The translations under genes were made by a program, and so were the position numbers. A stretch of DNA of 32,827 nucleotides from Actinomycetes bacterium (GTDB lineage: Bacteria; Actinomycetota; Acidimicrobiia; Acidimicrobiales; Bog-793), in assembly GCA_021821585.1 (NCBI GenBank), contig JAKACF010000003.1, forward strand, positions 1 through 32,827. The letters are read 5' to 3'. A model generated the notes under the pieces. The model had not been told where the DNA came from, did no database searches, and was given only the letters and a program-made list of their open reading frames with translations. Below are positions 16,005 to 24,463 of this stretch, piece after piece (position 1 is the first letter of the stretch; every line of letters begins with the position of its first letter).

Positions 16005-17623
16005 ACGAGCTCGTCGGCACCCACCTGCTGCTCCCGACCTGGGAGCGGAGGGCGAGCACGGTCGGCTTCCACGACGGCGAGTACCACGGCGACTACGGCC
16101 GCCACGCGGACCGCGTCCTGCGCCTGGCCGACGCCATGCACCGCGAGCTCGGGCTCTCGAAGGACGAGCCCTTCGCCGTGCTGTCGGTGAACAGCCACCA
16201 GTACCTCGAGCTGCACCACGCCGCCTTCCTCGGGGCCGGTGTCATCAACCCGCTCAACCTCCGCCTCTCCCCCCGCGAGATCCAGCTCATCCTCGCCGAC
16301 TCCGAGGCGAGGGTGATCTTCGTCGACGAGTTCTTCGCCGACCACCTCGCCCGGGCGATCGAGCCCGTGCGCGACTCGCTCCCGCTCAACCGCGTCGTGC
16401 TCATCGGCGGGGGCGACCACCCCCACGACATCGCCTACGAGGAGCTGCTCGAGTCGGGCCACCCCGTCGTCCCCGACGAGCCGGAGGAGACCGACCCGGT
16501 GGTGCTCATGTACACGGGCGGGACGACCGGCCTGCCGAAGGGGGCGCTCCTCGACCAGCGGGCCGAGCTGCTCAACCTGTACCACGTCGCGATGACGGTC
16601 GACCTCTACGAGGACCGGATCTATCTCCACCAGATCCCGATGTTCCACGCCGCCTCCATGGCCGCCATCCTCGGCATCCCAGCGATCGGCGGCATCTCGG
16701 TCATCCAGCCGCTGTTCGAGCCCGGCCAGGCGATGGACCTGATCGAGCAGTACGCCGTCGACTGGACGCTCGCCGTTCCGACGATGCTCGCCATGATGCT
16801 CGATCACCCGCAGTTCCGGGCCGAACGGCTCGCCTCCCTGAGGGACCTCGTCTACGGTGCCTCGCCCATGCCGGCCGGGCTCCTCGAGCGGATCCGTGCG
16901 AGCCTCCCCGACGTGGCGCTCTGGCAGGGCTACGGCATGACCGAGTGCTCGTCGGTCCTCACGATGCTCACCGACGAGGACCACCGCCGTGGCGGAGAGC
17001 GGCTCCAGTCGGCGGGCCGCCCGGTGCTCGGCGTCGAGATCGTCATCGAGGACCGGGGCGGCAACCGGCTCGGGCCGCACGAGACCGGAGAGGTCTGCGC
17101 CCGGGCGGGCAACCTGTTCACCTCCTACTGGCACAAGCCGAGGGAGACCGAGGTGGCCATGCGCGACGGCTGGTACCACACCGGCGACATGGGCTACCGG
17201 GACGAGGAGGGCTACCTCTACCTCGTCGACCGCCTGAACGACATGATCGTCACCGGTGGCGAGAACGTCTACTCGCTCGAGGTGGAGAACGCCCTCAGCA
17301 CCCATCCCGCCGTCGCCGAGGTGGCCGTCTTCGGCGTCCCGCACCCGACCTGGGGGGAAGAGGTCCACGCCGTCGTCGTCCCCCGCCAGGGCGTCGAGGT
17401 CTCCGTCGAGGAGCTGCGCGAGCACGCCCGGACGACGATCGCCGGCTACAAGGTGCCGAAGTCGATCGAGTTCCGGTCCGAGCCGCTGCCGATCTCGGGC
17501 GCGCTGAAGCCGCTCAAGCGGGAGCTGCGCAGCGAGTACCTCGAGCGCCTCGCAGAGGCCGGTCACCAGCCGGCTCGTGGCGCGAACGCCGAGGTCGGAC
17601 CGGCGGAGCCGGCGGCGCGCTAG
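16001..17623 (+). CDS. Fatty-acid/acyl--CoA ligase (AMP-dependent synthetase, FadD-like)
   Basis: ATG 16001 overlaps the upstream stop (ATGA); RBS GAAAGGAG. In-frame part of track ORF 14906..17623 from [13 protein letters not shown]-binding motifs [52 protein letters not shown] and YKVPK. Confidence 0.9.
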   Translation: MNELVGTHLLLPTWERRASTVGFHDGEYHGDYGRHADRVLRLADAMHRELGLSKDEPFAVLSVNSHQYLELHHAAFLGAGVINPLNLRLSPREIQLILADSEARVIFVDEFFADHLARAIEPVRDSLPLNRVVLIGGGDHPHDIAYEELLESGHPVVPDEPEETDPVVLMYTGGTTGLPKGALLDQRAELLNLYHVAMTVDLYEDRIYLHQIPMFHAASMAAILGIPAIGGISVIQPLFEPGQAMDLIEQYAVDWTLAVPTMLAMMLDHPQFRAERLASLRDLVYGASPMPAGLLERIRASLPDVALWQGYGMTECSSVLTMLTDEDHRRGGERLQSAGRPVLGVEIVIEDRGGNRLGPHETGEVCARAGNLFTSYWHKPRETEVAMRDGWYHTGDMGYRDEEGYLYLVDRLNDMIVTGGENVYSLEVENALSTHPAVAEVAVFGVPHPTWGEEVHAVVVPRQGVEVSVEELREHARTTIAGYKVPKSIEFRSEPLPISGALKPLKRELRSEYLERLAEAGHQPARGANAEVGPAEPAAR

Positions 17624-18711
17624 CGGTCGAACACCACGACCGAGCGGAGCACCTCGCCCCGCTCCATGCGCCCGAACGCCTCCTCCACCTCCTCGAGCGC
17701 GATCGTCTCGGAGACGAAGCGGTCGAGGTCGAGCCGCCCGTGCAGGTAGTGGTCGATCAGCATCGGGAAGTCCCGGCTCGGCAGGCAGTCGCCGTACCAG
17801 GAGGGCTTCAGGCGTCCGCCCCGTCCGAAGAAGTCGATCATCGGCAGCTCGAGCCGCATCTCGGGCGTCGGCACCCCGACCTGCACCACGGTGCCGGCGA
17901 GGTCTCGGGCGTAGAAGGCCTGCTCGAAGACCTTCGGGTTGCCGACGGCCTCGACGCAGACGTCGGCGCCGACGCCGCTGGTGAGCCGGCGAACCGCCTC
18001 CACCGGATCCTCCCTCGACGCGTCGACGACAGCCGTCGCCCCGAAGGAGGCGGCGAGCTCCAGCTTGCGCGGGTCGAGGTCGACGCCGATGACCGTCGTC
18101 GCCCCGGCGAGGACGGCACCGGCGACAGCCGCGCAGCCCACTCCCCCGCAGCCGAAGACGGCCACCGAGTCGCCCGGAGCGACCTGCCCGGTCCACATGG
18201 CGGCACCGAGCCCGGCCATGACACCGCAGCCGAGCAGGCCGGCGGCCTCGGGGCGGGCGGCAGGGTCCACCGGCGTGCACTGGCCCGCCGCCACGAGGGT
18301 CTTCTCGGCGAAGGCGCCGATGCCGAGGGCGGGCGAGAGGACGGTGCCGTCGGCAAGGGTCATCTTCTGGGAGGCGTTGTGGGTGGCGAAGCAGTACCAC
18401 GGGCGCCCGCGGCGGCATGCCCGGCACTGCCCGCAGACCGCGCGCCAGTTCAACACGACGAAGTCGCCCGCGGCCACCGAGGAGACGTCCGGACCGACGG
18501 CCTCGACGAGGCCGGCCGCCTCGTGTCCGAGCAGGAACGGGAAGTCGTCGTTGATGCCGCCCTCGCGATAGTGCAGGTCCGTGTGGCAGACACCGCACGC
18601 CTGCACCCTGACGAGCGCCTCGCCCGGCCCCGGCTCGGGGACGAGCACCGTCGCCACCTCGACTGGAGCCCCCCGCTTGCGGGCGACGACGCCCTTCACC
18701 TCGTGGACCAC
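17620..18711 (-). CDS. mscR: S-(hydroxymethyl)mycothiol dehydrogenase / mycothiol-dependent formaldehyde dehydrogenase (class III Zn-ADH)
   Basis: GTG 18711 is preceded by AAGGAGG. The product aligns along its length with my recollection of M. tuberculosis Rv2259 (MscR/AdhE2): [91 protein letters not shown] and [13 protein letters not shown]. Confidence 0.85.
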   Translation of the reverse strand: MVHEVKGVVARKRGAPVEVATVLVPEPGPGEALVRVQACGVCHTDLHYREGGINDDFPFLLGHEAAGLVEAVGPDVSSVAAGDFVVLNWRAVCGQCRACRRGRPWYCFATHNASQKMTLADGTVLSPALGIGAFAEKTLVAAGQCTPVDPAARPEAAGLLGCGVMAGLGAAMWTGQVAPGDSVAVFGCGGVGCAAVAGAVLAGATTVIGVDLDPRKLELAASFGATAVVDASREDPVEAVRRLTSGVGADVCVEAVGNPKVFEQAFYARDLAGTVVQVGVPTPEMRLELPMIDFFGRGGRLKPSWYGDCLPSRDFPMLIDHYLHGRLDLDRFVSETIALEEVEEAFGRMERGEVLRSVVVFDR

Positions 18712-18775
18712 CGCGCACCTCCTTGTGATGTCGTGCCGAGAACCTAGACGGCGCCGGCCTCGTTAGCCTCGGGCC

Positions 18776-19582
18776 GTGCCGCAGGACGATGCCCGCCGGA
18801 GGGACCGACACCCGGTCGGGCGGCGGCTCGCGGGACCGGTGCTCGTCGTCGTGGCGGTGCTCGCCTGCTCCTGCTCGAGCGCCGCCAGGTCCTCGGTCGC
18901 GACGACCGCCCGCCCGCCGGCGAGCACCGCCGGCAGCCCGAGCACGACTGCCGCGCCGTCGACGACGGAGCCGCCGCCGAGCTCGACGGTGGCGACGACG
19001 ACCAGCACGAGCACCACCACCACCACGACCACCACCCTTGTGACCTACCGGGCCGGCGACCTGCCCCAGACCGACGTGCTCCCCTCGCCGGCGTCGCGCC
19101 AGTTCCACCAGGAGATGGCGGACCTCTTCGCCGGCATCAAGGAGGACTCCCTCTCGCGGGCGCTCTGGTCCTTCTTCCCCGAGGCGGCCTACGACCGCCT
19201 GAAGTCGATCCCCTACCCGGCCGCCGACTGGCACGACCGCCTCGTCGAGGACTTCTCCCTCGACCTGGCGGCCGCACACCGCTACCTCGGACAGGGGGTC
19301 GGGACGGCACGCCTCCTCTACGTCGCCGTGCCGATGAACGAGGCGGCCTGGATCCCGCCGGGCTACTGCTACAACTCCATCGGGTACTGGCACGTGCCCG
19401 GCTCCCGTCTCGTCTACTCCGAGTCCGGACAGACCCGTTCCATCGGGATCGCGTCCCTCATCTCCTGGAGGGGCCAGTGGTACGTCGTCCACCTCGGCGC
19501 CGTCCTCCGCTCGAGCGCCACCGGGATCGTCGACGACCCGGCGGTCGGCCAGGGGACCTTCGGGCCGCCCGGCGGCTGCTGA
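18776..19582 (+). CDS. Secreted lipoprotein of unknown function with Ser/Thr/Pro-rich linker
   Basis: ORF 18776..19582 (GTG). Signal RRLAGPVLVVVAVLAC with a lipobox Cys. Low-complexity linker ending STSTTTTTTTT. Then a ~170-aa globular region (YRAGDLPQTDVLPSPASRQFHQEMADLF...WRGQWYVVHLGAVL) that I cannot assign to a family. Confidence 0.75.
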   Translation: MPQDDARRRDRHPVGRRLAGPVLVVVAVLACSCSSAARSSVATTARPPASTAGSPSTTAAPSTTEPPPSSTVATTTSTSTTTTTTTTLVTYRAGDLPQTDVLPSPASRQFHQEMADLFAGIKEDSLSRALWSFFPEAAYDRLKSIPYPAADWHDRLVEDFSLDLAAAHRYLGQGVGTARLLYVAVPMNEAAWIPPGYCYNSIGYWHVPGSRLVYSESGQTRSIGIASLISWRGQWYVVHLGAVLRSSATGIVDDPAVGQGTFGPPGGC

Positions 19583-19660
19583 GCCGGGCGCTCCCCGGGG
19601 TCGGTGCAGGCCGGCGGCCGTCCCCCTCCCCGGGAATTGCCCCTGCCGTGGCCCGGCAGA

Positions 19661-19681
19661 TAGACTGAACGTTCAGTCAAG
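19661..19681. promoter_or_regulatory. Operator/promoter element copy 1: TAGACTGAACGTTCAGTCAAG (contains the perfect 16-bp palindrome GACTGAACGTTCAGTC)
   Basis: Read directly. It ends 44 nt upstream of the aminotransferase start (19726). TTGCCC (19637-19642), an 18-nt spacer and TAGACT (19661-19666) resemble a sigma-A type -35/-10 pair, with the -10 embedded in the element. Confidence 0.7.
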
Positions 19682-19725
19682 ACAGCGGCGGCGGCTCCGC
19701 CCGCGCCGCCGGAAGGAGAGCCACC

Positions 19726-21099
19726 GTGGTTGCACGGACCGCGACCCTGCACAGCCTCGACGAGCTCATCGCCGCCGAGGAGCGCGCCTTCGTCGACCGC
19801 CAGCCCCGCTCGGGCGCCCTTCATGCGAGGGCCGTCCGCTCCCTCGCCGGGGGCGTGACGAGCAACTGGCAGATCTCGAGGCCCCAGCCGGTCTTCCTCG
19901 AGCGCGGGGAGGGTTCGCGGATCTGGGACGTCGACGGCAACGAGTACGTCGACCTGCACGGCGGCTACGGCGCCGGGCTCGCCGGCCACGCCCACCCCGC
20001 CGTCGTCGAGGCGGTCCGCCGCCAGGTCGCCCGCGGCACGCACTTCGCCCAGCCGAACGAGGACGCCGTCGCGGTGGCGGAGAACCTCGCCCGGCGCTTC
20101 GGTCTGCCGACATGGCGCTTCATGAACTCGGGCACCGAGGCCACGATGGACGCCGTCCACCTCATGCGGGCCGCCACGGGGCGTGACCTCATGGTGAAGA
20201 TCGAGGGCGGCTACCACGGCCACCACGACTCGGTCCAGGTCTCGGTCATGCCGGAGGCCGACGAGGTCGGCCCCGCCGGGCGACCCCACAGCGTGCCGTC
20301 GAGCAGCGGGGTCCCCTCCGCGATCAGCGCGCTCACCCTCGTCGCCCCCTTCAACGACCTCGACTCGCTGGCGGCCATCCTCGACGAGCATGCCGGCGAG
20401 GTCGCCGGGCTCATCCTCGAGCCGATCATGATGAACGCCGGGATCATCCACCCCGACCCGGGCTACCTCGCCGGCGTGAAGGAGCTCCTGCACGCCCACG
20501 GGGCGCTGCTCACCTTCGACGAGGTGAAGACGGGCCTCACCGTCGGGCCGGGCGGGGTGACGGCGCTGAGCGGGGTCGAGCCCGACCTCGTCTGCCTCGC
20601 CAAGGCGATCGGCGGGGGCCTCATCGCGGCGGCGGTCGGCGGCTCGGCGGAGCTGATGGAGGACGTGGCGGACGGCACCTACGAGATGGTCGGCACCTTC
20701 AACGGCAACCCCCTCTCGATGGCCGCCACCCGGGCGATGCTCGAGCAGGTGGCCACGCCGGACGCCTACGCCAGGCTCGCCACCCTGGCGGGGCGCGTCC
20801 GGGAGGAGCTCTCCTCGACGATCGCCGCCCACGGGCTCACCGCCCATGTCGTCTCGGCCGGGGCGAAGGGCTGCGTGACCTTCTCCCCCGCTCCCGTGCG
20901 GGACTACCGGGACTTCCTCGAGCTCGACGACCGCTTCAACCACCTCCACTTCCTCGTCCAGCACAACGGCGGGGTCTTCCTGCCGCCGTGGGGCAAGACC
21001 GAGCAGTGGCTGATCTCGGTCCAGCACGACGAGGCCGACATGGACCGCTTCCTCGCCAACTTCGAGCGGTTCGCCGCCGGCGTGGCGGCCGCCGCCTGA
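19726..21099 (+). CDS. Class-III PLP-dependent aminotransferase (glutamate-1-semialdehyde aminomutase-like subgroup)
   Basis: GTG 19726 is preceded by GGAAGGAGAG. Family blocks: DVDGNEYVDLHGGYGAGLAGHAHPAVVEAV, RFMNSGTEATMDAVHLMRAATGR, GLILEPIMMNAGII and LLTFDEVKTG (the Lys is the likely PLP site). Confidence 0.85.
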   Translation: MVARTATLHSLDELIAAEERAFVDRQPRSGALHARAVRSLAGGVTSNWQISRPQPVFLERGEGSRIWDVDGNEYVDLHGGYGAGLAGHAHPAVVEAVRRQVARGTHFAQPNEDAVAVAENLARRFGLPTWRFMNSGTEATMDAVHLMRAATGRDLMVKIEGGYHGHHDSVQVSVMPEADEVGPAGRPHSVPSSSGVPSAISALTLVAPFNDLDSLAAILDEHAGEVAGLILEPIMMNAGIIHPDPGYLAGVKELLHAHGALLTFDEVKTGLTVGPGGVTALSGVEPDLVCLAKAIGGGLIAAAVGGSAELMEDVADGTYEMVGTFNGNPLSMAATRAMLEQVATPDAYARLATLAGRVREELSSTIAAHGLTAHVVSAGAKGCVTFSPAPVRDYRDFLELDDRFNHLHFLVQHNGGVFLPPWGKTEQWLISVQHDEADMDRFLANFERFAAGVAAAA

Positions 21100-21140
21100 G
21101 CGACCCCTTGCGCGCCCGCCCTCCCGGCGCGACACTGGGC

Positions 21141-21164
21141 CCGACTGAACGAACGTTCAATCGG
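21141..21164. promoter_or_regulatory. Operator element copy 2, spacing variant: CCGACTGAACGAACGTTCAATCGG
   Basis: Read directly. It is a 24-bp imperfect palindrome (20/24 self-complementary) with the same half-sites, GACTGAAC and GTTCAaTC, separated by an extra GAAC. It ends about 60 nt upstream of the ABC substrate-binding protein start (21224). Confidence 0.55.
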
Positions 21165-21223
21165 ACAACCTTTCGTCTACTGACCCGGGTGCTCGACACC
21201 CACGACGCTGAGAGGACGAGAAG

Positions 21224-22537
21224 GTGCACCACCGCGAAGGCTGGAAGGACGGCAGGCGGGGCGCCGGCGGTGCTCCGCCGGAGGGCGGGGACGCGCCGGA
21301 CACGGGCCGGGGACCGCTCGGCTCGCCGCTCACGAGGCGCAACTTCCTCGCCCTCGGGGCGGGAGCAGCCCTCGGCGGCGTCCTGTCCGCCTGCGGGGGG
21401 AGCGGCTCGGGAAGCGGCGGGACGAGCCCGACCTCGAGCTCCGCGCTGAAGCTCCCCCGGCCGAACCACCCTGTCACCTGGCCGATCGCGGCCGACAACT
21501 CCCCCATCAAGTCCAACCTCGAGCCCGAGAAGAACGCCACCCTGCAGATCTACAACTGGGTCGCCTACATCAACGAGGCCGTGGTCAAGAACTTCTGCAA
21601 GAAGTACGACTGCAACTACTCGATCACGACCTTCAACACGATGTCGGAGGCGATGGCCAAGCTGGCGAGCGGCGAGGTGAACTTCGACGTCTTCTTCCCG
21701 ACCATCGACGTCATCGGCCAGCTGATCGACACCAAGATGATGCGGCCGCTCAACCACAGCTACATCCCGAACATCGCCAACACCTGGCCCGACTACCGCA
21801 ACCCCTTCTACGACGGCGGTTGGCGCTATACCGTCCCCTACTCGATCTACACGACGGGGATGGCCTGGCGGAAGGACAAGGTCTCGCTCGCTCCCGGCTG
21901 GGACATGCCCTGGCAGGCTGCGAAGTACAAGGGCAAGGTGGCGCTCCTCGACGACTACCGGGAGGGCATCAGCCTGGCCCTGTTGAAGCGCGGCATCACG
22001 GACCTCAACACGACGAACAGCGCCCAGATCGCCCAGGCCGGCAAGGACCTCGAGGCGCTCATCCCCCTCGTCGACGTCCGGATCGACAACAACGACTACA
22101 CCGAGATCCCGAACGGCAACACCTGGGTCCACCACGCCTGGTCGGGCGACATCGCCACGGCCGCCTACTACCTCCCGAAGGGGACCAAGATCGACGTCGT
22201 CGGCTACTGGTTCCCCGAGGACGGCAAGGGGCCGGTCGCGAACGACCTCATGAGCGTGCTCAGCACCGGCCAGAACCCCGTGCTCTCGCACCTGTTCCTC
22301 AACTACATGCTCGACGTCCACAACGCCATCGAGAACTACAGCTACGTCGGCTACATGCAGCCTCTCACCGCGGTGACGCCGTCGCTGCTCATCTCCGAGA
22401 AGCTGCTCCCGCCCCAGCTCATCTCGACGGTCGTCCGCCCGTCGGACTTCCGAGCCGGCGTCGAGGAGCTCGAGCTCCCAGTCAGCGCCAACCTGGTCTG
22501 GGAGCAGACCTGGAACTCCTTCGCCAAGGGCCTCTAG
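21224..22537 (+). CDS. ABC transporter substrate-binding lipoprotein, PotD/PotF (polyamine-type) family
   Basis: ORF 21224..22537. Tat-like/lipoprotein signal TRRNFLALGAGAALGGVLSAC. The mature part has the PotD/F-like pattern LQIYNWVAYINEAVVKNFCKKY...FDVFFPT...YTTGMAWRKD. It sits first in an operon with two permeases and a PotA-like ATPase. The start may lie downstream of 21224. Confidence 0.8.
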   Translation: MHHREGWKDGRRGAGGAPPEGGDAPDTGRGPLGSPLTRRNFLALGAGAALGGVLSACGGSGSGSGGTSPTSSSALKLPRPNHPVTWPIAADNSPIKSNLEPEKNATLQIYNWVAYINEAVVKNFCKKYDCNYSITTFNTMSEAMAKLASGEVNFDVFFPTIDVIGQLIDTKMMRPLNHSYIPNIANTWPDYRNPFYDGGWRYTVPYSIYTTGMAWRKDKVSLAPGWDMPWQAAKYKGKVALLDDYREGISLALLKRGITDLNTTNSAQIAQAGKDLEALIPLVDVRIDNNDYTEIPNGNTWVHHAWSGDIATAAYYLPKGTKIDVVGYWFPEDGKGPVANDLMSVLSTGQNPVLSHLFLNYMLDVHNAIENYSYVGYMQPLTAVTPSLLISEKLLPPQLISTVVRPSDFRAGVEELELPVSANLVWEQTWNSFAKGL

Positions 22538-22549
22538 GGCCGACGGACC

Positions 22550-23476
22550 ATGGCGAGCTCCGCCGTCGCTCGGGACCGACGAAGCGGACGGGGGCGCCTG
22601 GCGTGGGCCGCGCTGGCCGCGCCCGGGGCGGCCTGGCTGCTGCTGCTCTTCGTCGTCCCCTTCTACGTCATGCTGACCGTGGCCGCCGGCCAGATCGACC
22701 TGTTCGGGAACGTCGTCCCGGTCTGGGACCCACTCCACTGGTCGGCCGCCAACTTCACGGCCATCTGGCGGGACGTGTCGGGTCCCTCCTCCTACATCGG
22801 CCCACCGGCCATCCGGACGCTCGCCTACACGGCCATGGCGGCGGCCCTCTCGCTGCTCATCGCCTACCCGGTCGCCTACTTCGTGACGCGCTGCGCCGGG
22901 CGGCGAAAGACGCTCTTCCTCGTGCTGCTCGTGGCGCCGTTCTGGGTCAGCTACATGATGCGGATGCTCGCCTGGATCGACCTGCTCGGACAGAACGGCT
23001 TCATCAACAGGTCCTTCGCCTTCTTCCACCTCCCGGGCGGCGGCGTGAACTGGCTCGGCGGCCAGGCAGCCACCGTCATCGCCGGCCTCGTCTACGGCTA
23101 CATCCCCTACCTCATCCTCGTCCTCTACGCCGGGCTCGACCGCATCGACCCGAGCCTGCTCGAGGCGGCGCGCGATCTCGGCTGCTCGCGGACGAAGACC
23201 TTCTTGCGCGTGACCCTCCCTCTCTCCAAGCCGACGATCATCGCCGGCACCTTCATCACCGTCCTGCCGATGCTGGGCGACTACTACACGAACCAGCTGC
23301 TCTCGGCGGCACCGGGGACGACGATGATCGGCAACGTCATCGAGGGCCAGCTCGGCCAGCCCGGTGAACAGGGACAGGGTGCCGCCCTCGCCCTCCTGCT
23401 CCTCGTGGTCCTGCTCGTCCCGATGATCTGGTACGCCGTCTCGACGGCCCGTGCCTCGCGGGAGAACCTCGCGTGA
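22550..23476 (+). CDS. ABC transporter permease (PotB-like)
   Basis: ORF 22550..23476. Multiple TM segments and the EAA loop LLEAARDLGCSRTKTFLRVTLPLSKP. Confidence 0.9.
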   Translation: MASSAVARDRRSGRGRLAWAALAAPGAAWLLLLFVVPFYVMLTVAAGQIDLFGNVVPVWDPLHWSAANFTAIWRDVSGPSSYIGPPAIRTLAYTAMAAALSLLIAYPVAYFVTRCAGRRKTLFLVLLVAPFWVSYMMRMLAWIDLLGQNGFINRSFAFFHLPGGGVNWLGGQAATVIAGLVYGYIPYLILVLYAGLDRIDPSLLEAARDLGCSRTKTFLRVTLPLSKPTIIAGTFITVLPMLGDYYTNQLLSAAPGTTMIGNVIEGQLGQPGEQGQGAALALLLLVVLLVPMIWYAVSTARASRENLA

Positions 23477-24426
23477 GCGTCCTCACCCGGGAGGGTCCCG
23501 ACGAGCTGCTGCCGGGCGCACCCGAGACGAGCCGCCCGCCGGGGGCGCCGCGCCGCCTCCTCCGCCGCAGGCGCCTCTGGCGCCGGCCGGTCTTCCTCGA
23601 GGCCTTCACCTGGCTGTACCTGATCTGGTCGATCGTCCCGATCGGGATCGCCGTGCTCTTCTCGTTCAACAAGGGCCGCTCCCAGTCGGTCTGGCAGGGC
23701 TTCTCGTGGCGGTGGTACGTCACCGACCCCACCAACTCGGTCCTCCACAACCCCGAGCTCCACCAGGCCGTCGTCCAGACCCTCGTGCTCGCTGCCCTGA
23801 CGACGCTCATCACCGTGCCGATCGGGGTCGCCTTCGCCATCGGCATCGACCGGTGGAGGACCCGGACCGCCTCCGGCCTCAACTTCGTCATGATCTTCTC
23901 CTTCGTCGTGCCCGAGCTGCTGCTCGCCATCGCCCTCTTTTTCGTCGTGACCGTCCTGCTGCGCGTCGTCCCGCTCGGGACGCCGGCGGAGGTCGCCGGC
24001 CTCGTGGTCTGGAACCTGAGCTGGCCGGCCATCGTCGTCCGGGCGCGGCTCGTCACCATCGGCCGCGTCTACGAGGAGGCGGCAACGGACCTCGGGGCCT
24101 CGAGGATGCGGGCCATCGGCAGGGTGCTGATGCCGATGCTGCTGCCGGCGATCTTCGCGAGCGCCGTCCTCGTCTTCGCCGGGGTGGTCGACGACTTCGT
24201 GATCGTCGAGCAGCTCTCCTCGACCGCCGCCACCCAGCCGATGTCCGTGCTCATCTACTCGAACGTCCACGGCGGGCTCGCCGGGCCCGCCCTCAACGCC
24301 CTCGCCACGCTCATGCTCGCCTTCTCGCTCGTGGTCGCCGGGCTCGGGTACGTCGCCTACCGCTTCATGACCCGGGGCGAGCGGCGCACCACGACCGAGG
24401 CGCTCACGAGCATCGCAGGGATGTGA
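23473..24426 (+). CDS. ABC transporter permease (PotC-like)
   Basis: GTG 23473 overlaps the upstream stop (GTGA). TM-rich, with the EAA loop YEEAATDLGASRMRAIGRVLMPMLLPA. Confidence 0.9.
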   Translation: MSVLTREGPDELLPGAPETSRPPGAPRRLLRRRRLWRRPVFLEAFTWLYLIWSIVPIGIAVLFSFNKGRSQSVWQGFSWRWYVTDPTNSVLHNPELHQAVVQTLVLAALTTLITVPIGVAFAIGIDRWRTRTASGLNFVMIFSFVVPELLLAIALFFVVTVLLRVVPLGTPAEVAGLVVWNLSWPAIVVRARLVTIGRVYEEAATDLGASRMRAIGRVLMPMLLPAIFASAVLVFAGVVDDFVIVEQLSSTAATQPMSVLIYSNVHGGLAGPALNALATLMLAFSLVVAGLGYVAYRFMTRGERRTTTEALTSIAGM

Positions 24427-24463
24427 GCATGCGTCGGCCCGAGCAGGAAGGAGGTGAGGCCCC

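Noticed and set aside
18990-19035. Run of acc/acg codons (poly-Thr) that looks like a simple-sequence repeat
   Set aside because: It is in-frame coding low complexity in the lipoprotein linker, with irregular units. It is not a discrete repeat element or CRISPR-like array.
15866-19492. 1208-aa minus-strand ORF, the longest in the track
   Set aside because: It is antisense to the well-supported WS/DGAT and acyl-CoA ligase genes and out of frame through the ADH and lipoprotein genes. The translation is Arg/Gly/Pro/Asp-rich low complexity with no recognisable motif, a typical high-GC stop-codon-depleted artefact.
21470-22540. Noticeably lower GC than the surroundings in the substrate-binding protein gene, raising the possibility of horizontal acquisition
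   Set aside because: The dip follows the amino-acid composition (many Asn, Lys, Tyr, Ile, as is usual for periplasmic binding proteins). Third codon positions remain G/C-rich. The flanking permease genes have normal composition and there are no mobility genes or repeats at the borders.
19414-23029. Long minus-strand ORFs 19414..21135 and 20936..23029. The same class includes 12859..14469, 14253..15776, 23284..24501, 25524..26357, 26753..27967, 27966..30584, 28480..30198, 30676..31641 and 31814..32755.
   Set aside because: They are antisense or off-frame shadows of the aminotransferase, ABC transporter, WS/DGAT, TetR, flavoprotein, acyl-CoA synthetase, ACAD and Rieske genes. Their composition is low-complexity with no motifs.
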